A stretch of DNA of 64,000 nucleotides. It comes from Eledone cirrhosa (lineage: Eukaryota). Positions within the stretch are counted from its first letter, which is position 1. Each line of letters opens with the position of its first letter. Shown here one piece after another: positions 52,401 to 64,000 of the stretch. The notes beneath the pieces are model-generated. The model did not search any database. It was given only the letters and a program-made list of their open reading frames with translations, and was not told the DNA's origin. The stretch covers positions 122,698,001-122,762,000 of the forward strand of contig OZ024740.1 of NCBI GenBank assembly GCA_964016885.1, written 5' to 3'. Position numbers and translations under genes: made by a program.

Positions 52401-53803
52401 CATTCCAAATGATGTGCTAACGACGAGAATGGCATTAGATCATTTCTTCAATGCGAAATACGAAGGTTGCATTGTAAGAGCTAAGGCGCGTGCTCTGAGA
52501 AACAAGGTAATCAAAGCTGTTCGATGGGCCCGCGTAGCAGGGACACAGAGTGGTAATAAAACCACAATTCGGTTTTTGACGGACCGAGATGGATATGAGC
52601 TGAGCGATTCCAAGCAGATATATGAGGCCTTTTTCCAACGTTTTGTTCGGTAGTTTGGGGGAAGTGGTGGGTCAGAGACGGTGGCAAACTTCAGTCCCTA
52701 CATCGATGGCTTGCCACTACTCTTGACGGCCAATGCTGAGTGCTGCGAAAGGCCGAGATTCAGGATGTCCTTGTTGGCTGCATGAGACGCAAGTCACCCA
52801 GTTTGGATGGTCTTCCCTACGAGCTTTACGTAAATATGCCAGACATGTTCTCCGAACTACTCAAAGTGCTCTACTGCAACTGGCAGCAGCACGGGAGTAT
52901 TCCCAGTACTGTGAGCCGGGTGCAATGACGTTGATAAGGAAAGACGACAAGAGGGACATATTAGACAATTTCAGGCCCATAACTCGCTCAACACAGAGTT
53001 TAAGATTTTGGCCCAGGTGTTAGCGAAGAGGTTGACGCTTGTCGTTGAGGATTTGGTTGGGGAGGCGCAAACTTGCGCAGTCCCGACTAGGTCCATACAC
53101 GACAACCTCCACCTGTTGCAATACATCATAGAGAAGGTAAATCTGGCTTTGGTGGGGCTCTTATCAATTTAGATCAATTGAAAGCATTCGATAGGGTCAA
53201 CCATCGGTACCTGGAGGCTGTCCTCAAGACAGCTGGCTTTGGCCTCGTCTTGAGAAGCTGGATCGCTGCAATGCACAGCGGCATCCGCTCAGTGGTCAAA
53301 GTTAATGGCCACCTCTTGGAACCCTTTCAGATCTCCTGATCAGTCTGGAAATGGTGCCCTCTCTCCTCCCTTATGTACGTATTGACTCTAAAGTCTTTCC
53401 TGTGGAAGCTGGAGCTGTTGCAGGGCATCCCGCTCGAGCCAGGACACGGAAAGGCTGTGTCGGCTTATGCGGACGACATCACCGTGATGGTGTCAGACAC
53501 CTCGGAATTCGAGGTGGTCGACAACTTATTGGAGGAATATGAAAGGTACGGGAGCAAAACTTATCCTGGAAAAGGCGGTGGAGAGGCACATCCATCCCAT
53601 CCAACAGTATAGATAGGCGCTGGACGGACGGACGGTAAAGTTGCTAGGGGTTTGGTTCGGGCCTGTCTTCCAGGTGGATAAGAATTGGGACGAAGTGACT
53701 GTGGGCAGGTTAGCCAGTCTCACCCAGAAATGGGCTGCGTGGAAGCTATCAGTGAAAGGTCAGGTGTAAGTGGCGATCGCGTACATCACATCCGCCATCT
53801 ACC
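49500..53803 (+). mobile_element. Decayed Tx1-like LINE: ORF1 (gag-like, zinc knuckle) and ORF2 (APE plus RT), 3'-truncated
   Basis: ORF1 pieces GKRTIRVRIPRIPP and EGKRPHCFSCGEKTHL*TFC (~50535-50600). ORF2 from 51452: VGCLNGRGL, AVSETR, YSDHKFV, KSPSLDGLPYE, NFRPIT, SAYADDIT. Many stops. Confidence 0.9.
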
Positions 53804-56800
53804 AACCAGGAGTGCATCGAAGCTATCTCGGATGTGGTAGACTTCAATAACGGCACTCAACTTCCCATAAGTGTTGAGGGCAAACGCCCGAAATGCTTTC
53901 GCTGTGGATCGAAGACTCACCTCAGGGCCTTCTGCAACGAGAAGAACCTGAGAAAGGAGAAAACTCCCCTCCTTCCGAAACCGGCTCCACTGCTACCAGC
54001 AACAGGACAAGCGGCAACCAGGAACGATAGGTCCGTGGCACCCATACCCACGCCACAGAAATCAAGAACAGCAGCAGCAGTGGAAGTATTAACAACAACA
54101 ACAGCAATACCAAATGCAGCTGCAACAGAGACTCCACTGCAAACATCGCCAACAACAACAAGTGAAAGAGTTGAGCTGGTTCCCCTCCCCGACCTCACAG
54201 AATCAGACATGGAGTGTGAGGTGGGAGAGGAATGGCAAAAGGTCGCAAGAAGGCACAAACGCAGAAGCAGCGCATCGTCGCCTTCGAAAAGGGAGGAAAG
54301 AAATGAAAAAGGGTAAAGGCTACTGCAAAGAGACTCACAGCAGCAACACCACCAACACCATCACCACCCACACTAGCACCACCATCACCACCGGCGACAA
54401 CCCCACTGCCAACAACAACGACACCTTCAACACCACCACCACAAGCACCAACATCGCAAACACAACAACAAAACACACACACTAGCAACAACGACAAGAA
54501 CATAGCAGAACCACACCCCAGCCCCGGAAAAACAAATGCACGACAATAAATACACACACCAAGAAACTAATGACTTACATAATTGAAAACACAGACATTT
54601 CACAGCACGACTACATAATACCAGCACCAATCAAAACGCCAACGAACATAAGACTGGTAGAAATAGCACAGAAACAATACACAAATATTAAAACGAAATT
54701 CCCCAACGCAGTTTGTGATTTCAGAGACCTAGGAGGGACTCTCAACCGGAGAGTATATTCGGACATACTCATAGAAGAGCCGACGACCAGCCGAAGGGAC
54801 GATTCAACGGTCCCTTCACCAGACGATTAAGTGAAAAGGGATGGAGAAACCATCCTTCCTCTACGAAAAGTACGGTAACTGGTCTTTCCCATCTTTTCCA
54901 CTCCATTTCAACATGACCTCACTCAGAATAGGCAGCATAAATGCGCGTGGCTTGGGGTTGTCATGGAATCAGCCACCTGTTCAAAGACCTGAGGTCACTA
55001 AACATAGATGGAGTGGCCATCAGCGAGACCAGAATCTCCGAGGCACGGGCCTTCGCACCGATCTTCGGCGGCTACGATGTGTACGCATCTCCCAGCCGTC
55101 CGGGATCGGGGGGAGGAGATGCTGTGCTTTTTCGGAGAGGTTTGGATCTCGCCATACGAGCTATCTTCCTGGACCCAGAAGGTAAGTTGGTGGTGCTGCA
55201 CGTGACCAGCGGAGACGGGCAAGCTTTAAGGCTAGTGGCCGTCTATGCCCCGACAGGAGCAGGACCGGCCTGATTTCTTCCGGCGTCTGGAGACTTTTCT
55301 TGGAACGTCCCGCTCTTTAGTGTTAGTGGGCGACTGGGACGGGATGTTAGATGCACGCTGGGACTGTGTGGGATTAGCTGATAGGGGAGGAGGGTGCAAG
55401 AGCCTCACCAACCTGCTCAGGCGTTTTGAACTGTCTGACAGGTACCGATTGGATTTCCCGAATGTGCCAATGTGGACTTGGACAAATCGTATAGGGTCAT
55501 CCAGATCATATCTAGATAGAGTATTTTGTAGGGAAATAGATAGGTCTAGAATAGGCTGTCCACAATTCAAGATAGTCAGCTACACGGACCACAAATTCGT
55601 GATCTGTGTGCTTGACTTAGATAGGCTTCATAAACGAGGACCCGGCTACTGGAAGCTAAACGCGTCCTTACCAGCGCGCAAGACCTACAGAGACCGGTTT
55701 AAGGAACTGGTTAAGTGGGCGTTGATGGGGGCCATTATCAACAACAAGTGGTGGTTTGCTCTGAAAAGAGCGATTAGAATAGAGTCCATTAAGTTTAGTA
55801 AGGCTTTAGCAATAGAGAAAAATAGAGCAGAGGGAGAACTAGTTAGAAAATTAGATGAGGCGCTTAGCAAAGGCATCGCGACCGACGTACTTGTGGCGAA
55901 ATTGGCCCTTGACCAATTCTTCAATGCAAAGCACGAAGGCTGCGTTGTCAGAGCTAGGGTGCGTGCTCTCAGACACGAGGGGACGAAAGCCGTTCAATGA
56001 GCCAGAGTGGCGGAGGCGCGTCGTGGCAACAAAGCGACGATCCGTTCTTTGGTGGACCACGACGGGCGCATGCTACTCGATCCCGGGCAAATGCGTGAAG
56101 CTTTTCATCGACACTTAGCTCAGCTGTTTGGGGGCAGCGGTGGGCCGGGTCGAGGGATGGACTTTAGTGTCTACCTCGAGGGACTGCCGCGGCTCTCGGC
56201 CACTGAGGCGGAGTGTTGCGAAAAGCCGATAACAGCCGCTGTTGTACGGGAGGAAATGACTGGCTGCACAAGGGGTAAATCGCCTGGTTTGGATGGTCTG
56301 CCCTATGAACTTTACGTACAGATTCCAGACTTGTTCGGAGGCCTCTTGTCGGACGTCTACTGCAACTGGCAACAGAACGGGAGATTTCCTAGCTCTGTGA
56401 GCCGAAGAGCGGTGGCACTGCTGAGAAAGGATCCAAACAAGGGTGATAACATAGATAATTTCAGGCCCATAACTCTTCTAAACACAGAGTTCAAGATTTT
56501 GGCCAAGGTGCTAGCAGAGAGGTTCGCGCTTGTCGTTGCTGGTATGGTGGGAGAGGCGCAGACATGCGCCATTCCCGACAGATCCATCCACGACAACCTC
56601 CACCTCATGCGATACATCGTAGAGAGGGTAGCTAGGGAACCTGGCACGGGTGGGTCCTTGATCAATTTAGATCTGCCGAAAGCTTTCGATAGGGTCGACT
56701 ATCGTTACCTAGCGGCAGTCCTGAGGGCGTCTGGCTTTGGGCCCGTCTTCAGAGGCTGGATCGCTGCCATGCACTGCGACATCTGCTCTGTGGTGAGAGT

Positions 56801-58600
56801 GAACGGTCACCTTTCGGAACCGTTCAACATCATGCGCTCGGTCCGCCAAGGATGTCCCCTCTCGTCCCTCTTGTACGTATTGACTCTCGAGCCATTACTG
56901 CACAAACTGGAGACGTTGAGGGGCGTCCCGCGCGAACTAGGATGCGGAAGATACGATCAGCATATGCGGACGATGTCACCGTAGTGGTGTCGAACGCCAA
57001 ACACATCGAGTCGATCGGCACAACACTAAGAGAATACGAAGCGGTGATACGAGCAATGATCAACCAAGAAATGTCAGTTGGCCTGCAGCTCGGCACCTGG
57101 AGAGGCAGGTCCATGCCGTCCAACAGCGTCGTCGGACGCTGGACGGACGGACCGGTTAAATTGCTAGGGCTCTGGTACGGTCCGGACCTCCAGACGGACA
57201 AAACCTGGGACGAGGTGACGAGCAGGGTGCCTTCTCTTACCCAGAAATGGGCGGAGTGGAAGCCTCCCCTGAAAGGTCGAGCGGAGGTGGCTAACACGTA
57301 CATCGCGTCTGTCATCTGCTACCGCCTGCCCGTCGTACCTTGTTCTAAGCCCCGCCTGACTGCCCTGGAGCGTTTGCTCTTTCGCATTTTGTGGAAGGGA
57401 CGCGCTCCGATGGTCATGCGGTTCATCTCTTGTCAACACCCGCTACGTGGAGGGCTGGGCATGTCGTGGCTGATGATTCGCAGACACGCGCTCTGGCTAC
57501 GACATCTCCACCTCTTCCTCGACGGGGATCCGGTGTGGTCGCCGTTTGCTAGACACGTCTTTCCCCAGCTCGTCTCCTTGACGGAGCTGCAGTCCTGGGT
57601 CAAGCAAAGACCGAGAGGGACCACTTGGAGACTGGAATGTCTTCAGGCGCTCACAGCCCTCGACCAATCGGGCAATGTGATCGGTGGAAATTCCACCTTG
57701 GCGTTCTATAGGGGATTAGTGGAGGGTAAGAGCGACGACGTACTTGGAGGAAAATCTAGGCGTCGACGAAAATCAACGAGCCAATCTCTTCGGAAGAACT
57801 TTCGGGTCGGGGCCTATGGACAACTTCCAGAAATCCCTGACCTGGCAGTGCTACCGACGTGCTTTGCCAGTTCGGGATAAACTCTACAGGCATGGAGGTG
57901 CCGTCAGTCGGGCATGTCCGAGATGCGTGCAGGGCGACGAAACCGTCCTGCACGCACTCGTCCAGTGTCCGACCATTGCTGACTTGTGGGTTTATGTCGA
58001 ACACCTGCTGTCACGTGTAGGACGGATCCAGCTATCAGCTGAGTCTATCGTGAGGATTGTCCCGCCCTCTTCCTTTATCCGGGAAGGGCAGGCAGTTTTT
58101 ATCTGTCTGGTGGCCATGGCGAAAGAGATAGTATGGTGGACACGTTTGAAAGGGCTGAAGACGAGCACTTACCTCTTCGGTGATGCCCTGATTAACTTTT
58201 TCAAATTTCATTTGAAAAGGAAAATCAGGGTAGAGAGGGAAGTGCTCTCTTCCCAGCATTTTGTTAAATGATGGGTGAGAGAAGCAAGTATGGCCCGAAT
58301 GAATGGGCCTTCTCTGAGTATGTGTCTGTAAATTAAAGGTGGAAAACTGGGAGAGGGCACTTGTCCTGGTGGTCAGGGTCACTGTGGTCTTTTAATGGGC
58401 TTTCTCCACAAATGTCCCTCGGAAGGCTCCCCCCTATTGGGGAATTTTTTTCATTGTTATTTTTTATTACATCCTCTGTTTTTTTTACACGCAGAAATGC
58501 CCATTTGTACCGTCCTGTATTGTCCTGTACTGTCCTTAATGTCTACTTTATGTAAACCCTTGTGGTTAATAAAGAAAACATTATTATTATCATTATTATT
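53804..58600 (+). mobile_element. Tx1-like LINE, related family: end of ORF1, full-length frameshifted ORF2, 3' UTR
   Basis: CFRCGSKTHLRAFC knuckle (53834..54316). ORF2 ~54913-58331: IGSINARGL, ISETR, SYLDRVF, YTDHKF, GKSPGLDGLP, DNFRPITLLN, KAFDRVD, SVRQGCPLS, AYADDVT, CPRC...H...C. AATAAA at 58568, then (ATT)n. Confidence 0.93.
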
Positions 58601-58601
58601 A

Positions 58602-58821
58602 ATGACAGTATCAGTAGAGCCACAAAAAACATGCTTTGCGCCATTGAGTTATGGCCCTTTACATTATGTGTTCAAATCCGGCTGAGGTTAGCTTTGCTTT
58701 TCATCCTTATAGTGTTGATAAAATAATGTACCAGTAACGCACTGTGGTCAACTTAATCAACTTTCCCTCTCCCCTTCAAATTGCTGACCTTGTGCCTAAA
58801 GTAGAAACAATTATTATTATT
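58602..58821 (+). mobile_element. Nin-domain SINE (long form)
   Basis: gttcaaatccggctgagg...tttcatccttatagtgttgataaaataatgtaccag...gtagaaacaattatt. Confidence 0.8.
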
Positions 58822-60034
58822 CAATGCAAAAAGTATTGTTACTTCTGTTATTGTGTTTTAATAAGGATTTCCTAGTTAGTCATTAATGGAGTTAAAAAGA
58901 AATACCTTCATCCTATGAATATGATATTGGTTTTCAATTGTGTTCTTCAATACCATAGACAGGAAATATTTGCAGACATAATGAACAATTAAAAAAAAAC
59001 AGGAACAGACATAGTCATAGCGGTGTGGTGAAGAAATTTGCTTCCAAAGCAGATAGTTATTTGGTTGATCCCACTGCATAGTACTTTGAACAAGCACTGT
59101 CTTTTACTGCAGACTTTCTTTGCAAATAGAATTTGGTAGATGGAAAATTGGCAGATAGCTGTCGCTTATATATATATGTATGCATATGTGTATGTGTGAG
59201 TTGTATGTCACTTTATGATTATTATTGTAACTCATTAGTTGAGTTGTATGCTACTATGTAAATAGTAACATAGATATTTGATGAATAGGGATCATTAAAA
59301 TAAAAAAAGTAGAATGTGGAAGAGATTCACATGCTTATAGAGGAAAACACTGAAACCATTTCTCTATTATCTTCTACAAACTCAAAGGAGTGCGAGTGCT
59401 TACATTTTGTGCTGGAAATACTATGGTACGAAGTACCATCTAGATGAATTTTGCAAACTTGGATAAGTTCATATGCTGAGGAGGGATGAGAATTAATATA
59501 AACTTATATACTCATTATCACAATAACCTTTTTTTAAATTTTCCCTCTTAAAATGTGTCTTCTTTTTGCATTAACATGTATGCATATTTGTAAATGATAT
59601 ACAATTACATATACAAACATAAATTTCATTACTAAATTATATACAATTACATATACAACCATAAATTCCATTAACCCTTTACCATTTAAACTAGCCATAT
59701 CTTGCCAGAATCCTCTCACCTCCTTCTGTTCAAACCAACCATAACTGGCCACTCGTGTTTAGTTATTGTTCTTAAAATAAATAACATAGATTCGATATTA
59801 TGTGAGATGATTATGTCAGACAAAGCCTTTATGATGAAAGTGAAAATAGAATGGAAATAATAGAGTAGATAAATAAAATCATAAGAGTTACATACCGTTG
59901 CCTTAAATGTTAAATTTCGAACTTCTCAAATTTAATTGAAATTTACAGCTCACAACTATCCAGATTTAGCTAATCACCCACAAGGTTGTATTTCATATGA
60001 GGTTTCTTGAGTGTTTTAAAGACATGATCTGTCA

Positions 60035-60150
60035 TGAAAAGCAACATGAAATGATATGTCTTCTTCAAGAACACAATGCACTGCACAGTCCCGGATTTGA
60101 ACCCATAACCTTGATCATGATTCGATCACCCTAACAACTGAGCCATATGC
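60035..60150 (-). mobile_element. Decayed tRNA/CORE-type SINE head
   Basis: tgaaatgatatgtcttcttcaagaacacaa...ggatttgaaccc...taacaactgagcca is similar to 28115-28222. Confidence 0.55.
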
Positions 60151-60546
60151 TTTTGAAGACCTTATTATTAACTTCAGATTTGTTCCACTTTTAAAACCTT
60201 TCATAACAGACTAACACTAGATTGATTCTACAGTATCAACTTTCATTTATTTCATCTTCTTCCACTTATTCCTAAGAGGGCCATGGGAGCAGAGTCCTTA
60301 AACACTCCTTCCAGTGGGTCCTGTCAGAAGCAACTTTCTCCAACTCATCCGACTGGATCCCCAAGCGAGATCAGCAAAGCTCATGGATGATATCCAAACA
60401 TTATTTATTTATTTATTTATTTATTACTTTTTTTAAATCTATTTAAACACTAATATAGAGCTAGTAAGCCATGCCAGACGAATGGAAGTATCTAGTACTT
60501 CATGCAGTTGAGAAGCAAAAGACAAGATATACAGAGATAAATGAAT

Positions 60547-60775
60547 TATCATCATCATCATCATCATTTTACGTCCGCCTTTCCATGCTTGCAGGGGTGG
60601 GATGGATCCTATTCAGCACAGCATCTCTCCATTCGTCACGGTCCTTCGTCATCTCCTCTATAAGATTCAGCTGTCTGAGATCAGCTCTCACCACCTCTGC
60701 CAATGATTTTCGTAGTCTTCCTCTACTGTGTCTTCCTTCCACTGGGATTTCTTGGTACTTCTTTACCCAGCGGTT
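60547..60775 (-). mobile_element. RTE LINE extreme 3' fragment
   Basis: WVKKYQEIPVEGRHSRGRLRKSLAEVVRADL...KDRDEWRDAV followed by ggacgtaaaa(tga)n. Confidence 0.8.
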
Positions 60776-61881
60776 ATTTGCACATCCTTTGGAACATGCT
60801 TGCTTCATTTCTCTCCAGCTGTCACATATCCTCCGCAGTTGCTGCTGCAGTCATTGAATATAAAAAGAAAAAGAAAATAAAAAATATATATATAAATAAA
60901 ATGAAATAAAAACAACTAAATAGAGAAGGCCAAATAGAATCAAAATAAGCAAAAACGAAAAAAACACAGAGAAAAAATGGGAAGCAAGGTAAGCTGTAAA
61001 CCAGTTGAACAGTGAAATGACTACATCACAAATTAAAGGTTAAAATAGGTTATTTGTTGATATTTCTGGTTATGAAAACTTCATCCTTTGTATATGTGTT
61101 GTTGTTGCTGTTGACATTATTGCCTAGTTCTGAGGTAATCATAATCAAATCTATGACCAAAAGACTTTCCAACTATGACCATTCAATTTTTCCAGGAGTA
61201 CATCATTCTATGTGTTCTTCCGTTGTTGAAATAGTTATTTGAGGTATATTTAGCTGCTATTTATACTATGTTAAGTGATTGCATAGAGGTTCCCATTCAT
61301 GAATGTGTGAAAAACATACATGAATGTGTGAAAAAACTTAGGTTTGTGTGTATATGTATGATATATAAGAGGTTACTACCGGAAATATTTAAAAGCTAAT
61401 ATAAGTAATAATTTTAGAGATCTGTTAAATCTTGGATGTGCCCCAGCATGGTCACAGCTTTGTGGTTTAAACCAATAGAAGAGTATATTTAAAGGAGAAA
61501 AAAACAAAAGAAAGCAACTTCCATCTAAAATCAAATTCTTTTCTTGTCTACATTAATATTTACTAGAATTTATGATACATTTCTGAAACACACTCACAAG
61601 GCAAAACAAAAACACTGCTAAACCAGATGCTATTGATTATGTGAACAAAAATGTCAGTCAATACATAAATAATGATTTTTTATTATTTTCACATACCATA
61701 ATTCTATTTGTAGACATAAAGACATGATGTCTAAAGACAAATACAGAAAAATATTTAAATAATAGGAAAAAGTAATCAAAATTGAATTTAAATGTCTAAC
61801 TTTCAAAAAACAACTTTCCAATTAGAATGCCTTAATATGGTTGCTTGACCTGCTCAAATAATAACTAAATCTGTTTTATAC

Positions 61882-61975
61882 CATCATCATCATCGTTTAA
61901 CGTCCATCTTCCACGCTTGCATGGGTTTGGACGGTAATTTTCCCACTTGAGGCAAAATTGGTTGTCTTGCTTGTA
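61882..61975 (-). mobile_element. RTE 3' UTR tip
   Basis: Reverse complement of 8840-8930 and 14640-14735. Confidence 0.75.
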
Positions 61976-62055
61976 TCATACCTTACATTATTAAAAAAAA
62001 TGAAATGGCCTAGGAGTAAATAGCAACAATACATTTTATTTCATATATATATAAT

Positions 62056-62220
62056 AAATAATTGTTTCTACTTTTGGCACAAGGCCAGCAATTATCCCAG
62101 CACATTGCTGGTACTTTATTTTATCGTCCCCGTAAGGATGAAAGGCAAAGTTAACCTCAGTGGGATTTGAACTCAGAATGGTAAGCGCCATAATTCTATG
62201 CATCAAAGCATGGTGTCCGA
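62056..62220 (-). mobile_element. Nin-domain SINE (short form)
   Basis: Reverse complement of the 48266 copy. Confidence 0.85.
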
Positions 62221-62310
62221 AACAGTTATATAGCTTAAATAAAAGTTTGCATTAAGAGAAAGATAGTGAATACACTGTTGTACTTTTGGAGGGTTATACT
62301 GCCAACTAAA

Positions 62311-62602
62311 TCACATGCATCAGTTGTGTTTCACTTCAGTTTTATTAATCAGATAATTAACCCAGCAATCAAATGATTAATGAACTTTTTAATTAATTAG
62401 TTTATCAAAGTTCTTTTGTCACAGCTTGTGACCTTATCTATGAATTTTGCTGTAAGTGTAAAAAAAGAGGGTGTGTCATGTGCATAACAGGTTGTGATAA
62501 AATAACTTTGATTAATCAATTAATTAGTTGATTAACCAACTGCTTGATTGATTAATTATCAGTTTAATAAAACTGAAGTGAAACTCAACTAGTGAATGTG
62601 TG
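62311..62602. repeat. MITE-like imperfect inverted repeat
   Basis: agttgtgtttcacttcagttttattaa...atcaaagttcttttgtcacagcttgt mirrors acaggttgtgataaaataactttgat...taataaaactgaagtgaaactcaact. Confidence 0.7.
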
Positions 62603-63064
62603 GCATGTCCCTCTCACTGTGATACAACATCCATTTCAAGAATTTGGTTAACAAACACAAAAATAAAGAACTACATAATGTTAGAGTCATAGTACTGAAT
62701 GTAGGAAGCATAAAAATCTGATTAAAAATAATTATGTGTCAAAGAAACACATTTGTCATTGATTTAATTATCTCAGCAAGTACAGGAGATATGTTCACAG
62801 TTTTACCCTATTTATGCCAAAATAATTATAATATTGGTCAATGACTAATATTAGTTTCTGCACTAAATAATAAATTCTAGTTAGATCTTCATCATTCACT
62901 GCATTAAGTATGTTAACACTAACTTAACTATAATTTTCAAGCAGGAGATATCTCAGGACAATTTACTCCCTATCTAAAATGTGATGTGCTAAAAGTGATT
63001 AAGCCAAAGAGCAACCTCCTTAGAATTTCCCTTATTAGCTCAGGATTTATCAAAGTAATCTTCA

Positions 63065-63525
63065 TACCATCATCATCATTGATATTTTACATTTGTTCTT
63101 CTATGCTTTGGACAGGGCTTTTGCAGCACAACATCTCTCTACTCATTGCAGTCGTTTATCATATCCTCTGTGAGCTGAAGTGTTTTGAGATTAGCTCTCG
63201 CAAACTCTGTCATCTTTGGCCTTCCACTACTGTAGCTCCCATCCACAGGGACTTCTTGACACTTTGTCCCCCAACAATCATCATCCATACATATATGTGC
63301 CCATACCAGTGCAGTCTTCTTTCCTGCACACTACATATAATTCCTCTTATTTCCAAGTTTTCTCTCAACTCATCTATGCTTTGACATTCATGCACATTTC
63401 ATATCTATTGAATCATCCTAACTTCAGTTCTCTCCAGACTTCACATATCCCCATATCCCCTGCATTCACTGCCTATGTTTCATTACCATCCAACATTACA
63501 CATCAGACTGAGGCATCATATAGCT
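63065..63525 (-). mobile_element. Old RTE LINE 3' fragment
   Basis: ORF 63210..63395 ECQSIDELRENLEIRGIICSVQERRLHWYGH. (GAT)n tail at ~63068. Confidence 0.8.
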
Positions 63526-64000
63526 AGCTTTTTTATACAAAATTCAGTGTCATTGACTTCTAGCTTAAAACATTCGATCTTGTATTTAAATAGAAGCATT
63601 CCAATATATTAAAAGCTGTTTAGGTTCAGAACCTAATCTATTAATTAAATTATTATTCGCATAGAAATTATTAATGCAAAACTTTGGAGAAGTCATTATT
63701 TAGGCTGTGTGTGCATTAATAAATAACATCGATACACTAAATTATTAGATACTTTGTGTTAAGATTGAATGATATGGCAATCATTAGATATTGCAGCAAC
63801 AAACATTTAATTCATTTTCCTATCTATATGAATGTTTAGCCATACAGGCCCCCAGTCATAGTGTCCCTTTTTAGGCAATATTCTACAGCCAGATGCCCTT
63901 CCTTATGTCAACCTTTTCAAGTGCTTCTTCCAAAATACTGGGGTATGATGTAACTATTCTCAACCAGGTACTCATTACACCGTGTAACATATATTTTGTT

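Overview
AT-rich, repeat-saturated eukaryotic DNA. It is most consistent with a cephalopod (octopus-like) genome; this is inferred from the Nin-domain and CORE SINEs, RTE LINEs with (GAT)n tails and very long (TA)n runs. No host protein-coding exon could be supported, and most long ORFs in the track are microsatellite artefacts. The window holds mostly decayed retroelements: Penelope-like elements (PLEs) of at least three types, RTE LINEs whose RT carries an embedded PHD finger, three Tx1/L1-clade LINEs, an R4/Dong-type fragment and SINE arrays. The main unannotated signal is about 19 type-I hammerhead ribozyme (HHR) motifs found by eye. Many sit one per unit in non-coding tandem repeats (420/442-bp, 593-bp and ~321-bp families) that look like non-LTR retrozymes. 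Three unrelated families carry the compensatory U3-A8 core (TTGATAA) instead of C3-G8. Several arrays are folded into palindromes that put ribozymes on both strands next to (TA)n runs. All coordinates and pairings were read manually, so element boundaries are approximate.
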